From Acanthaster planci (taxonomy: Eukaryota), in the NCBI RefSeq assembly GCF_001949145.1, contig NW_019091357.1:2766859-2830858 (forward strand): DNA of 64,000 bases. The letters are read 5' to 3'. Each line of letters begins with the position of its first letter. Position 1 is the stretch's first letter. The position numbers and the translations under genes were made by a program. Below are positions 13,301-26,675 of the stretch, piece after piece. A model generated the notes under the pieces. The model saw nothing but the letters and a program-made list of their open reading frames with translations, ran no database searches and was not told the DNA's origin.

Positions 13301-14860
13301 CCCATTCCCTGCCATCCCCTATCCTCCCTGAATCCTGGCACCATTTTTCGTCACTGCTTTCCTTCTTGACAAGTTGTGTATTCTTAATTTCAGACGCCAG
13401 TCGTGCTGGACTCGATTGTCTTAATCGTTTCTCTAACGGAGCTGGTTGTGTCGATCGTTGCTTCCGTCTACTGCTGTTACGTCATGAACGAATACCAGCA
13501 GACCACCACCACGGTAACAAATACCATCTTATTGTACATGTAAATTCCTCAAACCTTGTTGCGATAATTTGGCCTATAGGATGCACCATACTAATTTAAG
13601 CCACCATTGGAAGCAGTGAAAAACTTGACACAGTTCGAGCCTAAATATTGTGACAGCCGACATCGTGGAGGTTTCTTTGGCAAAAATTGTGTTATTATGT
13701 TGTTCTTTCTCACTTTTTCCATTTGTAATAAATTTGTTGGGAGGTTAGTCTTTATGTTAAAGGAGGATAGAGAAATTTAATGTAACTAAAGGGAAACATT
13801 TTTTTTCGTCAAGGGTTTCTTTATGCCCTTTATTTATCCTCATTTCTTATTTTTATTTATGTTGTTTCTGTCTTTCTCAACCATCAATCTGTTGGCGCGC
13901 CAGGCATCTTATGTTTGGGCATGGTTACATGTATACCACTGCATGCACTTGAGTTGAGTGATACTATCAACGTTCTGAATAACTGCTTGCAGAAGGAGAT
14001 CGCACCTCCGCTGTTGCAGGTTCATTCGTGCTTGCCGGGCAGCTGGTCTGTCTCCAGCATCTTGTTGGAGCATGGTTGGAGTAACCCCAGGGTGCGTTCC
14101 TCTGCAGCAGTGAAAGCAGAATGTGCCATCTCCCTGCAGTTGTTTAGACTGTATAAATTACAGAAAACCTCACCCGATAAATGAACACCAAAAAGCGCCT
14201 GCTAACTTGAATGCTTTTTGTTGAATTGTTAATTTGGGTGATTTTTTTGGTTACATCGAATGACGCAACGGTAATCTGCCTATTGTCTTGGAACGAAATT
14301 GATTTGTCGCGAAACAGAATGGCATGGAGGTTAACCGGGAAAACATATAGTAAGGCGGTCACGGGACACCACCCGAGAGGGATCACAAGTCTCCTCTCAT
14401 ACATCAGCAGACTTTTCCTCCCGCTTGTATGTAAGCTGAACACCCTAACGACTGGTCCACGGCGCTCTACGTGGAAACGCAAGCTCATTTCGAAAATAAA
14501 TAGAAGAAAATATGCTCAAAACTATGAATTGTTTCTCCATCTCGGTCTCATGGTAGCGATACGGCATTCCATAACGAGGTTCCCGTGTTGGATACGTAGA
14601 AATGAATTCATCATCGTCTAATAATATCTTACATCACATTTATAATAACCGTGTTGCCTCTTAAATAAAGCAAAAAAAGAAGGAAAATAAATCACTTCAT
14701 CCTGTCTTCCCTCTGGCGCAAAAACCAGATCCAGTACGGACACCCGACTATGTATATGTACAACCAACAACCGGCTGCCTACCCCGGGCCAGCCGTCGCC
14801 CCGGCTCCTGCGATGCTTGTTACCAACCAGGCCACTTTTGCTACCCCGCCACCTAGCTAG
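10314..14860 (+). CDS. MS4A/CD20-like tetraspan protein, gene 3 (~213 aa; C-tail cut short by a premature stop). Exons 10314-10520, 10964-11032, 12408-12521, 13394-13513, 14729-14860; ancestral last exon at 15136-15167
   Basis: Exons of 207/69/114/120 nt with canonical splice sites. Exon 5 reads CCA CCT AGC TAG CTA CGG where paralogs read CCC CCT AGC TAC GGG: a 4-nt duplication creates TAG at 14858-14860. Confidence 0.85.
13025..13246. mobile_element. MITE with CACTG/CGGTG termini (possibly CMC/EnSpm-like) in gene 3 intron 3
   Basis: cactgaaaaattgctcgggttaaatttaacccaag ... ggggttaaaatttaacccaggcaatttttcggtg. Absent at the equivalent position in genes 6 and 7 (gtcatactgtgtcagcacc at ~31670). 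Confidence 0.75.
13880..14340 (-). mobile_element. Decayed DNA-transposase fragment (Tc1/mariner DDE-like C-terminus) in gene 3 intron 4; duplicate at ~22775-23270
   Basis: The minus strand reads ...DLLLQAVIQNVDSITQLKCMQWYTCNHAQT(frameshift)RCLARQQIDG. This recalls the C-terminal 'LLQA...CQGW..H....RCLAR..I' segment of Tc1-like transposases (from memory, not searched). Boundaries are approximate. Confidence 0.45.
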
Positions 14861-16634
14861 CTACGGGGCCGCCGCTGCAGCCGGCATAAACGGTATGTAA
14901 AGTCAATGATCATGGGGGGGGGGAGAGACTGGGTGAAACTCATACTGTTTCCATGGCCTCCACTAGCACTCGTCCTGACCAACCGGACGATTTTCTGGCC
15001 GAGTCTGCCTGGAAATGGAACAGTGGGTCCTTCTTCTGCTGCCATGGGTACGTTCGAAAAACGACTATGCGGTGTGGACCCTCAATGAAGGTTTTACTTA
15101 TCTTTTCTTGTCTGTCGTATCTGATCGTGTTTCAGACGCTGGAAAGGGCAATGGCAACTTGGCTTGAGTTTGCTTCACGAAACAGCCGTCGTTATTCCTG
15201 AACATCAACGGACCAAGACGTCACCTAAGATGCCACCTATAGACCAAGACGTCACACCTACGCAAATACTTAAAACTGTGCGTTAACAGGGTATTAAAAA
15301 ATCGCTAGACAAAAACAAACGGTCCAATGCAAATTGACTTCCTTTGTTCTTTTAGCTTATTTATTTATAATTTTTCGGGGGGCTGTTTGCTTTTCTCTTC
15401 AGTATACCTGCTCTTCAGTAAAACGTTTGACATCAAAGTCTGAAAGCAGAAGATTCAAAACTGGTAATAAATTTACTTGGGAGAAATGGAGGGAAATATT
15501 GTTTGGACTCTTCTAAGCAACCGCGAGATAATCAGAGGTATATAGGTATTTTTTTAATCAATATGCCTCACTGCATAAGAACTTGTAGTATTCTTGCTGG
15601 TGCCCTGTTTTGGAAAGGAAAAAAATTTTTCAAAATCATTATACAGCACATTAGCGCGGTTGGCATTTAATGAGAATATGTAAGTCTTTTGCGATAATTT
15701 ATTGTGAGCTTGAATTTCGCAATTACTTTGTGTTTTTTCACGAATTTGGTTATTAGCCTCCCGTATAGAAAAGTACAGACATTTTGTATTATATATGTAT
15801 TTTAGTTGAAAAATTAAAGATAGCTTTATAAAGCTTAATAGCTTATATACATGTATTAGACAATACCTTTATGGTACATTCCGCCATTTTTAACCTTATA
15901 CAACATGATGATATTTTTTCTATCTTACACAGTCTTCTAAGCTCCTTTTCCCTGCAATATCATTTTTCATTCGTATCCACTACCGAGAGACCTTGCGACA
16001 CGGTTGTTACAGGGTTACAAAGTTCATGATCACGACAAGAATGCAGTTTACCGCCAAGATGACGAAATAAATAGACTGTTTTGGTCACTCACCGTCGGGT
16101 TGTCTGTCTGTCGGGCTGTCTTGCTGTGTGTCAGTCAATCGGGCAGTCTGTCAGGAAGGACGATACAAGGAGGATGAAAGTATAGACAAAATTGATATAA
16201 ACATCAATTATTCTATTTTTCAAACTCCAGAGCAACCCAAAATGATAGTCAGATATACAGACAATAAAAGTTGTGGCATTTGCATTTTCAAAGTGCATAC
16301 ACGTTTCCTTTTCTGGTGGACAGGCTTCCTAACTACCCCCATCTGAGGGGACATGGGGATTACTTTTGGGGAGAAAATATTTATGGACGGTCATTTCGGG
16401 TTGCTCTGAGGTGTGAAAAACATAATTTAAATCCCACCACCGCTACCTGGAAAAGCCATGTTTATGGAATTGTGGGTTACATACAAAGTTGATGCCCTCA
16501 GACTCCAAAAATTTGAGGGGGCCAAGGGCCCCTCAATGAACCGCAAACTCTACCTGCAGACTGTTTTGTATCGTTGAGGTGAAGCTAACAGAATGAACTC
16601 GAGCGATGGTATTTTTGTCACCTGCTATCTTGAC

Positions 16635-16752
16635 CTCTGCTCCGCCTCCACCGATGTTAGTGACCAACCAGGCTGCCACCGCCGTCACGTCCCCGCTCCA
16701 CCCCCTAACTAAGAGGCTGCCGCCCCCCACACACACACACACACCGTATATA
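16635..16752 (+). pseudogene. Relic 3' half of gene 2 exon 5 copied at the duplication A junction
   Basis: ctctgctccgcctccaccgatgttagtgaccaaccaggctgccacc... matches 8392-8497. It has no splice acceptor, a 5-nt duplication (gtcacgtc), and TAC->TAA at the PPNY tyrosine. Confidence 0.85.
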
Positions 16753-18663
16753 GTAGATGAGACGTGACGCCGAGTTTGTGCCCCGCAAGTTGGTCAAACA
16801 TCAAAAAATGTTTTATGAAGCGCAGGATTATACAAGAAATGTTACTATACATTCGAGCTCCAGCTCGACTTGATAGCTTTCCAAATTATTCCAAAGCAAA
16901 TTGTTTGGAGTAAAGTTTTAATATGTAAAAAGTAACTCTGTGAAATTCGCGTTCATTTCAGGTTTTATTCCATCATCCTGACAATCTGGAAGGTTTTTTG
17001 ACGGTGAAAACCAGTTTTTTATTTGTTCTAAGCTGTCTATAGCAAACATTGGTAAGGACACGGTCATCTATAAGCTGGGTCCAGTAAAGACCTGTCGTTG
17101 ACTGTTCAAAAAGAGAGCAATTACTCATAATCATAATGTCTGTTGTGAATGCGCAGCACCCACTCTATGATTGAACCTTTTTTAAAATTTCTTATGAGCT
17201 TGACTTTAAAAGAACCCATGCTTAATTTTTGGGTAGCTATTGATGTTATTATTTCTAGAGCAGACGCTAATTACACGTATAGTGAAGAAATAAAACAAAT
17301 TATGTTTAAATACTCATCAATTAACTTGGCTCAAAACCTAATGACGATAGCGAAAACCATTTTGAATAGGTTTGCTTCATATTCTTATTGTGTTCTGGTA
17401 TTTTTACAGCTTCGAACAATGTGATTGGACCTTCTCACCTTACACAATCTTGTAAATGCCCTGCTGTTCGTTTTCTCTGCGTTATTATTATTCGTCAATC
17501 GTGTCAACTACCGAGAGGCATTTGGATACGGTTGTTGCACCGGCATGGCTGTTACACGGTTCATAATCACGACCAGGAAATGCAGCTTACCACCAACACG
17601 GGGAACATAAAGGAAAAATGCATTTTAGTTTGCGCCTATGTCACTTACAAGTCTGTCTGACCGTTGGGCTGTCTGTCTGGATGACGCAAGCATTCATATC
17701 ATGATTCATAAACACTTTCCCAATTGTCATGTTTCAAAGCTATACAGTGGAAGTATAAATATACACCGTGCGTTTGCATTTTCAATGTGTATAGAGGAAT
17801 CATTTTCCAGATAAATAACCTATTATACGTAGGCCTGTCCCCCCTTTCTCAGCGGGAATGTGAATTGTTTTGTTGGTAAACAAAATGGATGGTCGCCTTG
17901 ACAGGAGTACATGTTGGATCCGGTATACTATTCAACTGTTGGCTTTGAGCGCATTCTTTACTTATTCAGCGTTTCTTTCCTCTATTGTATATCAAGTCCG
18001 TGTCACGGGCACCCAGTTTCTCTCTGGGCAATTGACTAGTGTTATGACATAAAGCGGTTTATTGCTCTGTGGAATTTTTTTTTCGGTTGGGTGCCCTTCA
18101 CACAAACGCGTCCTTGTTCAACAATGCCGTGACGTATGCGAGCTAGTTGGTGCCATCACCAGTTTTCACCGCAATACACGTAGGCAAAAATTAATCTCTC
18201 CGCCATTTTGGTTTCCCGAGGAAATCGGAGCAGTGTTTTCAGATTCTACTGGATCTACAGGTTTGGTTTCAAGTAAGGAAAACTTTCATTTTCCTGTATT
18301 AAAAACTATCCAAGATAACTTAGATTGGATTTATTGTTTCTCGGCAACAAATACATGTACTAATAATATTTAAATAATCAGCATTAATTGTCAGCACAGC
18401 AAGTGGTCTCTGTGTGTGTCGTAAATACAGAAAGATATGATTACTTGAAACAGGAAATTGACCTTTTTGCTGGGATAGTTCGACCGAATTTTGACACGTT
18501 TGCCACGAGACGTCAGCAGGAAATCGCTCAAAAATGCTCAAATGCGATGAATATCAGAAAGCCGTTTACAGGGTTTAGGCCTACCGTAGAATTAAGCAAT
18601 TTATCTGAAGCTACGAGTTGTGCCTTTCCAACAGTCTCAGCAGGAGAAAGTCAAAACACCACG

Positions 18664-21600
18664 ATGCTCCCGGCACCTCCGATTCAGACCGTGCAGATGC
18701 AGGTGGCCTCCCCGCAGCCTCCCCGGCGCAGTCGGTACTCCTGCTCGGTCAAGTCGCTGGGGATTCTACAGATCATCCTGGCCGGATTATCGGCCGTTTT
18801 TGGCATTGCATCCGCTGTCACCTTTTACTATGGCATCGGAGTTATTGGATCTAGTGCTTGGGGAGGGCTCGCGGTACGTCTAGCACATGTTTCTTGTGGT
18901 CTATTTCAAAACTACTCAATATTTCATATCATGTAATTCACCTATTTTATGATTCCATTTCTTGGAAACAATCTGGAAAGTGTTGTTGTTCAGATCTAGC
19001 TTGAAACTCCAAGAATTACAGACTCGATACCATTTTACGGACTCCATAATGCACGACTCAGTCAACAGAGAGCTGAGAGGAGCCATGGGGACAGATCATC
19101 GATACCAGAGGAAAACGAATATCGAGGGAGTCGAAAGTTTATATGTTGCTTTGTTGACTATATATAAACAGTTCCTCTGTGAAGCATGGAAAGCAAAAGG
19201 CGGCTGCACGACGTGACCTTTTTTTACATTATACTACAAATAAACATGGGTACCATTTCTCTTCCTTCTACAATGTAAGAATGGGTCTGGCTGTTTACTT
19301 GATTACATATTTCGAGTCCTAGGAGCGTGAGGTTCATGAAGAAGAGTGAATCAATAAGGGAATGCGAGACATGATCTTTGATTGATATATTTTTGTGTCT
19401 CTTCCATTCCAGTTTTACCTCCCCGCTGGAATCCTGGGCATATTGTCCGTTTCGGCCAGTGTTACTTCGCGAAGATGTTTGGTAAGATATTGGCGTTTGA
19501 CTGAGTTAAGAAATGGCTAAAGAAAATGAAATCGTGGAAAAAACAACAGGCCACCAAACCTCACAAAGGACGTGCACATTTCCATGTGATCTACAAACTC
19601 CTTTATTTGGAATGTACAACCCCCCCCTTCCAAAAAAGTGTCACCGTCCATTTCGGAAAAGGCCAACTAGTGCTATTATAACCTGATTTACACGGTTTCA
19701 AAGAGGACTTAGTATTCATATATACTCCTGTTCATTGGGCATATCTATGGATCTCTCAAAGCAAACAGGATGACAGGAAAAGCGCCATCGAAATAAGAGT
19801 GTCCTTTTAAAAAGAATAGGAATGATAAGTACTGCATGTTATGTTTGAAATGGACGGTGTTGCTTTCACTGGGAGGGGGGTCATGCAATATACGTGAATA
19901 CCCGTGACGGGTTCTAATGCCACGCCGCTTCCAGAAGACCAGACCAGTATTACTAATGCTAACTGAAGATACAACCGTACATTTAACTTTAAAGGGGTAA
20001 TTTTTTTTTTGAACGAATTTGAGTTTAGCTCGAAAACCAAGCAGAAGGTGATATTTCTACAAACTTTGGCAGCCCATAAAGTTGTGGTCAACAAAGAGCT
20101 CTGTAATACCCCACTGAAGAACGCCACCAACTGAAATAGTCTCAGTCTTTCGATGTTGAATATTCAAAGCTGGGGTTCATCCAGATCTGGTCTACAGCGG
20201 TGGAAGTTCAGTGTCATCGCAAAGTTTTATTACATGTAGCTTGCACGCTGCTATTGGAATTATATTGGAGTATACATTTGCCCAAGTTTGATGATGAGTT
20301 ATGTTGTTTCGTTTCCATTTCACAGGCTATTGCATGTTTGGTCATGTCCATTCTCTCGTCGATCATGGCTGGTGTCAACCTCATAGTGTACGGCTTCGGC
20401 GTGGGGCAAGTTGGTCCTTACGGCTACCTCTTTGGCTCTGTAAGAAAAAAAACGGGAAAAAACACTTCTCTGGCAATCGAGCGATAAAAAGCATCCGCAC
20501 TAAGAAATATTATCACCAATAAAAGAAAAATACTCCCAATTACCAATAACTGACGGTTTGGGTTTCTCTGTTGTCAAATTATTTAGCCTCGGCCCTAACA
20601 AAGATGTAATAGAAGGTGCATTTCAATAATGATGATCCGGGATCCTCATTCCCTCAGATTCTCGGATATTCATGCACTCAAAGACGGTAGGGCTTTCATC
20701 ATGCTGACCAGACTGAATAGGCCTAACCCCAACCCCGCCACCTCAGAATTGCCCATGGTTGTATTAGATGCCAGTAAATGATACCTTTCTTTCCTGGGAG
20801 TAACCTTTTGACCAGAGGGGATGGGCTATTGAATCATCCCCCAACTTTTTTGTGTTGAGAAAAAAAAAATCAAGGCGGAGAATGGGAGAACAGTAGAAAA
20901 GGGTCATAAATATGCCGTTCTGATGTAAAATTCGGCAGGCATAAATACCAATTGCAGAGGTACATCTGCGGCATGATTTTCGCGCCTAATACAGTTCCAT
21001 ATATCACTGAAAAATTGCTCGGGTTAAATTTAAACCAAGCGAGGGTGAAAACTTCAACTACCCAATAGTTTAGGTTGTTTGGACCCAATTTGGGTGATTG
21101 AAATTAATTTCGGGGTTATTTTAACCAAACAACGGTTAATATCCACTCATTTTGTGGGTGGAAACTGAAACAGAAAGTAATTCTCAACCCAAAATTGGGT
21201 CAACACAGCCCATATTTGGGTAGTTGCAGTTTTCACCCTGCCTTGGGTTAAAATTTAACCCAGGCAATTTTTCGGTGTAGTGTCAGCACCACCCCCACAC
21301 GCTTTTCAAATCTCCACAGCCGGGCAAGTCAACCCCTTCCCTGCCATCCCCTATCCTCCCTGAATTCCGGCACCATTTTTCGCCACTGCTTTCCTTCTTG
21401 ACAAGCTGCTTATTCTTAATTTCAGACGCCAGTAGCGCTGAACTCGATTGTCTTGGTATTTTCTCTAACGGAGCTGGTTGTGTCGATCGTTGCTTCCGTC
21501 TACTGCTGTTACGTCATGAACGAATACCAGCAGACCACCACCACGGTAACAAATACCATATTATTGTACATGCCTCAAACCTTTTTAAGATAATTAGGCC

Positions 21601-24099
21601 TATAGAGTGCACCATACTAATTCAAGCCATCATTGGAAGCAGTGAAAAACTCCACGCAGTTCAGGCCTAAATAATGTGACAGCCGACATCATGGAGGTTT
21701 CTCAGGCAAAAATTATGTCAATATGTCGTTCTTCATCACTTCGTTTTTCCATTTGTAATAAATTTGTTGGTAGGTTAGTCTTGATGTTAATCTTCACACC
21801 AGAACAAATTCGCCTGCCAAAAGTAATACTTGCCAAACCTGCACGCGGTTATTTTCCAAATTTTACAACTACTTAAATGGCATCCCTTCACTTGTGTAAG
21901 CATTTACTTTTCAACCGTAATTTTATCAAGACTGCCCACGATAGACGTATAAAAAACAAAGAAATGTTGATCTGGGTTAAACTTGGAAAATCCAGATATT
22001 TTTCAGCCCAAAAAATAACTTTTTTTCAAAAATGAATTGTAGAGAGCACTTTTCGTGCTAATCCTCATCTCACAAATAACAATCAGTGTGGTGCACCCCT
22101 GTCCATCTGGCCATGAGATCGGTGTGTGCCGAGTTTGATATCTGTAAATTATACGCTGCTCTTTATGCTCCCGCTTTCAGAGATGCACACTGGGTCGGGA
22201 AAAATTATATCTATATATCGTGGAATTAAGGCGTCTTAATCACGTGGGTTTATTCCACCTCGCCCAGATCACAGAGTGAATTAGGTCTAGGTGACGTCTT
22301 GCCTTGATATAATTCAAAGATAAGTACAGGTTTTCCTTGTCAATATCCGCAAAAGAGCAGCCGGTTTAATTTTCGTGCCTTCGGAATAGAGCCCATTTTC
22401 CACTGACAAGTTTTTTGCTGTGTCTGAAGTTCGAAATCTATGCATTCAGTTTCGTTGTGAGTCATTTGGCATCCGTGAGCAGTGTGTTCAATTTAGGATA
22501 TAGCGCTGTTCTTTTTCGTGACGCAAGATCGTCATTCAGTTTAGCAAACCTGGTTCGACTGGAGATTTTGGTTGCTTTCCTAATTGTTAATTTCGTACAG
22601 AAGCAATCAATTACGCAAAATTGAAAATTCAAATTAAAGGAGGATAGAGAAATGTAAAAAAACAACATAACAAAACCAAACAAAGGAAAACGATATTTTG
22701 TTAAAGGCTTCTTTATGCCCTTCATTTATCCTGATTTCTTAGTTGTATCTATGCTGTTTCTGTCTTTTTCAACGATCAATCTGTTGACGTGCCAGACATC
22801 TTGGCATATTATGTTTGAACATGATTGCATGTATACCACTGCATGCACTTCGGTTGAGTGATACTATCAACGTTCTGAATGACTGCTTGCAGAAGGAGAT
22901 CGCCCTTCCGCTGTTGCAGGTTCATTCGTGCTTGCCGGGCAGCCGGTCTGTCTCCAGCATCTTGCTGCCACTCCGGTAACCCCAGGGTGCGTTCCTTTGC
23001 AGCAGTGAAAGCAGAATGTGCCATCTCCCTGCAGTTGTTTAGACTGAATAAATTACAGAAAAGCTCGCCCGATAAATGAACACCAAAAAGCGCCTGCTAA
23101 CTTGAATGCTTTTCGTTGAATTGTTAATTTGGGTGATTTTTTTTTGTTACATCGAATGACGCAACGGTAATTTGCCCATTGTCTTGAAACGAAATCGATT
23201 TGTCGCGAAACAGAATGGCATGGAGGTTAACTTGGCCGCTTATTTGCTGAAATTGACCGGGAAAACTAATAGTATGGCGGTCACGGGACACCACCCGAGA
23301 GGGATCACAAGTCTCCTCTCATACATCAGCAGACTTTTCCTCCCGCTTGTATGTAAGCTGAACACCCTAACGACTGGTCCACGGCGCTCTACGTGGAAAC
23401 GCAAGCTCATTTCGAAAATAAATAGAAGAAAATATGCTCAAAACTATGAATTGTTTCTCCATCTCGGTCTCATGGTAGCGATACGGCATTCCATAACGAG
23501 GTTCCCGTGTTGGATACGTAGAAATGAATTCATCATCGTCTAATAATATCTTACATCACATTTATAATAACCGTTTTGCTTTTTAAATAAAGAAAAAAAG
23601 AAGGAAAATAAATCACTTCATCCTGTTTTCCCCCTGGTGAAAAAAAACAGATTCAGTACGGACACCCAAACGTGTATACGTACAACCAACAACCGGCTGC
23701 CTACCCCGGGCCAGCCGTCGCCCAGGCTCCTACAATGCTTGTAACCAACCAGGCCGCTGCTGCTGCCCCGCCCCCTACCTACGGGATCGCCGCTTCATCC
23801 GGCATAGGTGGTATGTACATAAATGTATATCTAGCCAGTGATCGTATCAGGGGAGGGGGGCAGACTGGGTGAAACTCATACTGTTTCCATGGCCTCCACT
23901 AGCCCTCATGCTGACCAACCGGACGGTTTTCTAGCCAAGTCTGCCTGGAAATGGAACACCGGTCCTTCTTCTGTTGTCATGGGCATGTTCGATAAACGAC
24001 TATGCGGTGTGGATACCCTCAATGTAGGGTTTTGTTATCATTATCTTTTCTTGTCTCTCGTACCTTGTTTCAGACGCTGGAAAGGGCAACTTGGCTTGA
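18664..24099 (+). CDS. MS4A/CD20-like tetraspan protein, gene 4 (~232 aa, intact). Exons 18664-18873, 19413-19481, 20326-20439, 21426-21545, 23651-23810, 24074-24099
   Basis: Six GT-AG exons join in frame (phases 0,0,0,0,1). Four TM segments, YCC after TM4, PPPTY in the tail, ends DAGKGNLA*. Confidence 0.88.
21005..21277. mobile_element. Same CACTG-terminus MITE in gene 4 intron 3 (longer internal segment)
   Basis: Same TIRs and position as 13025-13246, so the insertion predates duplication A. Confidence 0.75.
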
Positions 24100-26675
24100 G
24101 TTTGCTTCACGAAACAGCCGTCGGTTTTTCCTGAGTATCAACGGGCGACTTTAATTGACCTAGACGTCACCTATGCGAATACTTAAAACTATGCGTCAAG
24201 AGAAATCGTTAGAAAGACAAAACAAATGGTCCGATGAAAATTGACCCTTTTTTTCCTTTTTTTTTTTGTTTGCTTTTCTCTTTAATATACCTGCTCTTGT
24301 GTAAAACATTTGATATCAAAGTCTGAAAGCAGAAGATTCAAAACTGGTAAAAATTTACTTGGGAGAAATGGAGGGAAATATTGTTTGGACTCTTCTAAGC
24401 GATCGCGAGATAATCAGAGGTATATAGGTATTACTTTTTTTTACTCAGTATGCCTCACTGCATAAGAACTTGTAGTATTCTTGCTGGTGCCCTGTTTTGG
24501 AAAGAAAAAAAATGTGCAAAATCATTATACAGTACATTAGCGTGGTCGGCATTTAATGAGAATATGCAAGTCTTCTGCGATAACTTAGTGTGAGCTTGAA
24601 TTTCGCAATTATTTTGCATTTTTTCATGAATATGGTTATTAGCCTCCCATATAGAAAAGTACAGACATTTTGTATAATATATGTATTTTAGTTGAATAAT
24701 TGAAGATAGCTTTATAAAGCTTAAATTAAATAACTTTTGTATTAGACAGTACCTTTGTGGTAAATTCCGCTTTTTTAAACTGTATACAATATGATTCTAT
24801 TTTTGCTATGTTACACAGTCTTTCAAGTGGCCTTTTATTCCTTTTTTTCCCTGCGATATCATTTTTCGTTCGTTCCACTACAGAGAGACCTTACAATACG
24901 GTTGTTGCAGGGTTACACAGGTCATAATCACGACCGGGAATGCAGTTTACCGCCAACATGAGGAATAGGAAGGAAACATACAGTTTAGGTCACCCACCGT
25001 CGGGCTGTCTGTCTGTTGGGTTGTCGGGCTGTATGTCAGTCGGTCGGTCGGTCAGTCAGTCAGGACGGGCGATACAAGGACGAACCATAGCGAAAACATA
25101 AGTGAAATTGATATAAACAGCAATTATTCTATTTTTCAAACTTCAGAGCAACCTAGAGTGGTAGTTATATACAAAGACAATAAAAGTTGTGGCATTTACA
25201 TTTTCAATGTGCATACACGTTTCATTTTCCGGATGATAGGCTTAATAAATCCATAATAACCCCTTCGGTTGGGACATGAGGATTACTTTTCGGGAAGAAA
25301 ATAAATGTTTATGGACGGTCATTACTAGAATAATTTCCAGTTCCCCCCCCACCACCACTACCTGGAAAAGCCACGTTTTTGGAATGTTCGATCACTTACA
25401 AAGTTGATACCATTAGACTCCGAAATTTGGAGGGGGCCAAGGGGCCTCTCCATCACCCGCAAATTCTACCCGCCGTTGTACCGCTGAGGTGAAGCCAGCA
25501 GTACGGACTCGAGCGCTGGTATTTTTGTCACCTGCTATCTTGCCTGCGTAGATCAAAATTCAATGAAAGCAGCGATCTCCTGGACTAGGTTATAAATCGG
25601 GTCTGGTATTCAAAACATGGGAAGCATTCCTATTTATAAGCTTTTCTTTCTTCTTTCACTGGTACCCGGATCCTCCTTTAGCGATTGACCAGTGTTTACC
25701 AAAGGGGGTATAGGTATTAGGTAATGACGTAAAGCGCCATTGTGGGCTTTACTCTTTTGATGTCTAAGTTGTCTTTTTCCTACCAGTGACGGCAAAAACT
25801 AGAGTTGGCCGTCGGTACAAAAGTAAAAGATTAAGAGTGTTTAAAATCCCACGTAGCTATAAGAACCCAAGATAATAATACACGTGTTACTCGATATGAA
25901 ATGAAAATACAATCCTCAGATTTCTCCGGCAACTGTCCATTTTGAACGAATTTGAGATAAAATCGAGAACCAGCAAAAGGGTAATATTACTGCAAGTTTT
26001 GGCAGCCCGTCCAAAAGGTAGGTGAATTTAAAGTTTTTTTGTTTTTTTTTGGTGCTAACTGGCGCTTAACCCGTGGAGAATTTCTCGGTTGGGTGCCCTT
26101 CACACAAACGTGTCCATGTTCAACAGTGCTGTGACGTATGCGAGCTAGTTGGTGCCATCCCCAGTTTTTATTGCAATATACGTTGGCAAAACTCAATCTT
26201 TCCGCCATTTTGATTTCTGGTGAGAATCCAAGCAGTGTTTTCGGGTTCATATATCAAATGGATCTGTAAGTTTGGTTGCAAGTAAGGAAATTTATCATAT
26301 CAATAATTTAGTTTTCAGGCTTTTTAGGTTTTAATTATTCAGGTTACAAATAGTAGGCCTAATAGGGCACATAAAAAAATCAGTATTATTGGTGACCAGG
26401 GCCAGACTAATGATCTCTGTGTTGTAAATGCGAGAAAGGATGCAATTTTACGATGACTTGAATCAGTAATCGACAGTTTGCGAGGACGGTACGTCCAGAA
26501 TTTGACACTATTTTGGCACTTGACGTCCACAGGGAATCACTCAAAAACACATGAATGCGCTGCACAGACACACCATGGCCTTTTCATGTTTAACCGTAGA
26601 ATAAAGCAAGGACATTTGGAATGAAGTGCTGTGCCTGTCCAACAGTTTCAAACAGGTGGAAGTCAACAGCACACG

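Larger units (their letters stand above)
8392..25542 (+). repeat. Tandem segmental duplication A: unit 1 ~8392-16632 (gene 3), unit 2 ~16635-25542 (gene 4)
   Basis: Collinear near-identical sequence, e.g. 8500-9300 vs 16750-17660 and 15400-16630 vs 24290-25540. The junction at 16632/16635 joins ...cctgctatcttg (also at 25531-25542) to ctctgct... from inside gene 2 exon 5 (8392). Confidence 0.9.

Noticed and set aside
14211..14621. 136-aa ORF with an identical C-terminal part at 23172-23543
   Set aside because: Intronic. The identity reflects the duplication or conversion tract, and there are no recognisable protein features.
21787..22637. ~845-bp segment flanked by TTAA, present in gene 4 intron 4 and absent in gene 3, which looked like a piggyBac/Kolobok insertion with a TTAA TSD
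   Set aside because: No TIRs, and related sequence occurs in gene 6 intron 4 (~32395-32450, ~32660-32700). It is more likely ancestral and deleted from gene 3 between two TTAA sites.
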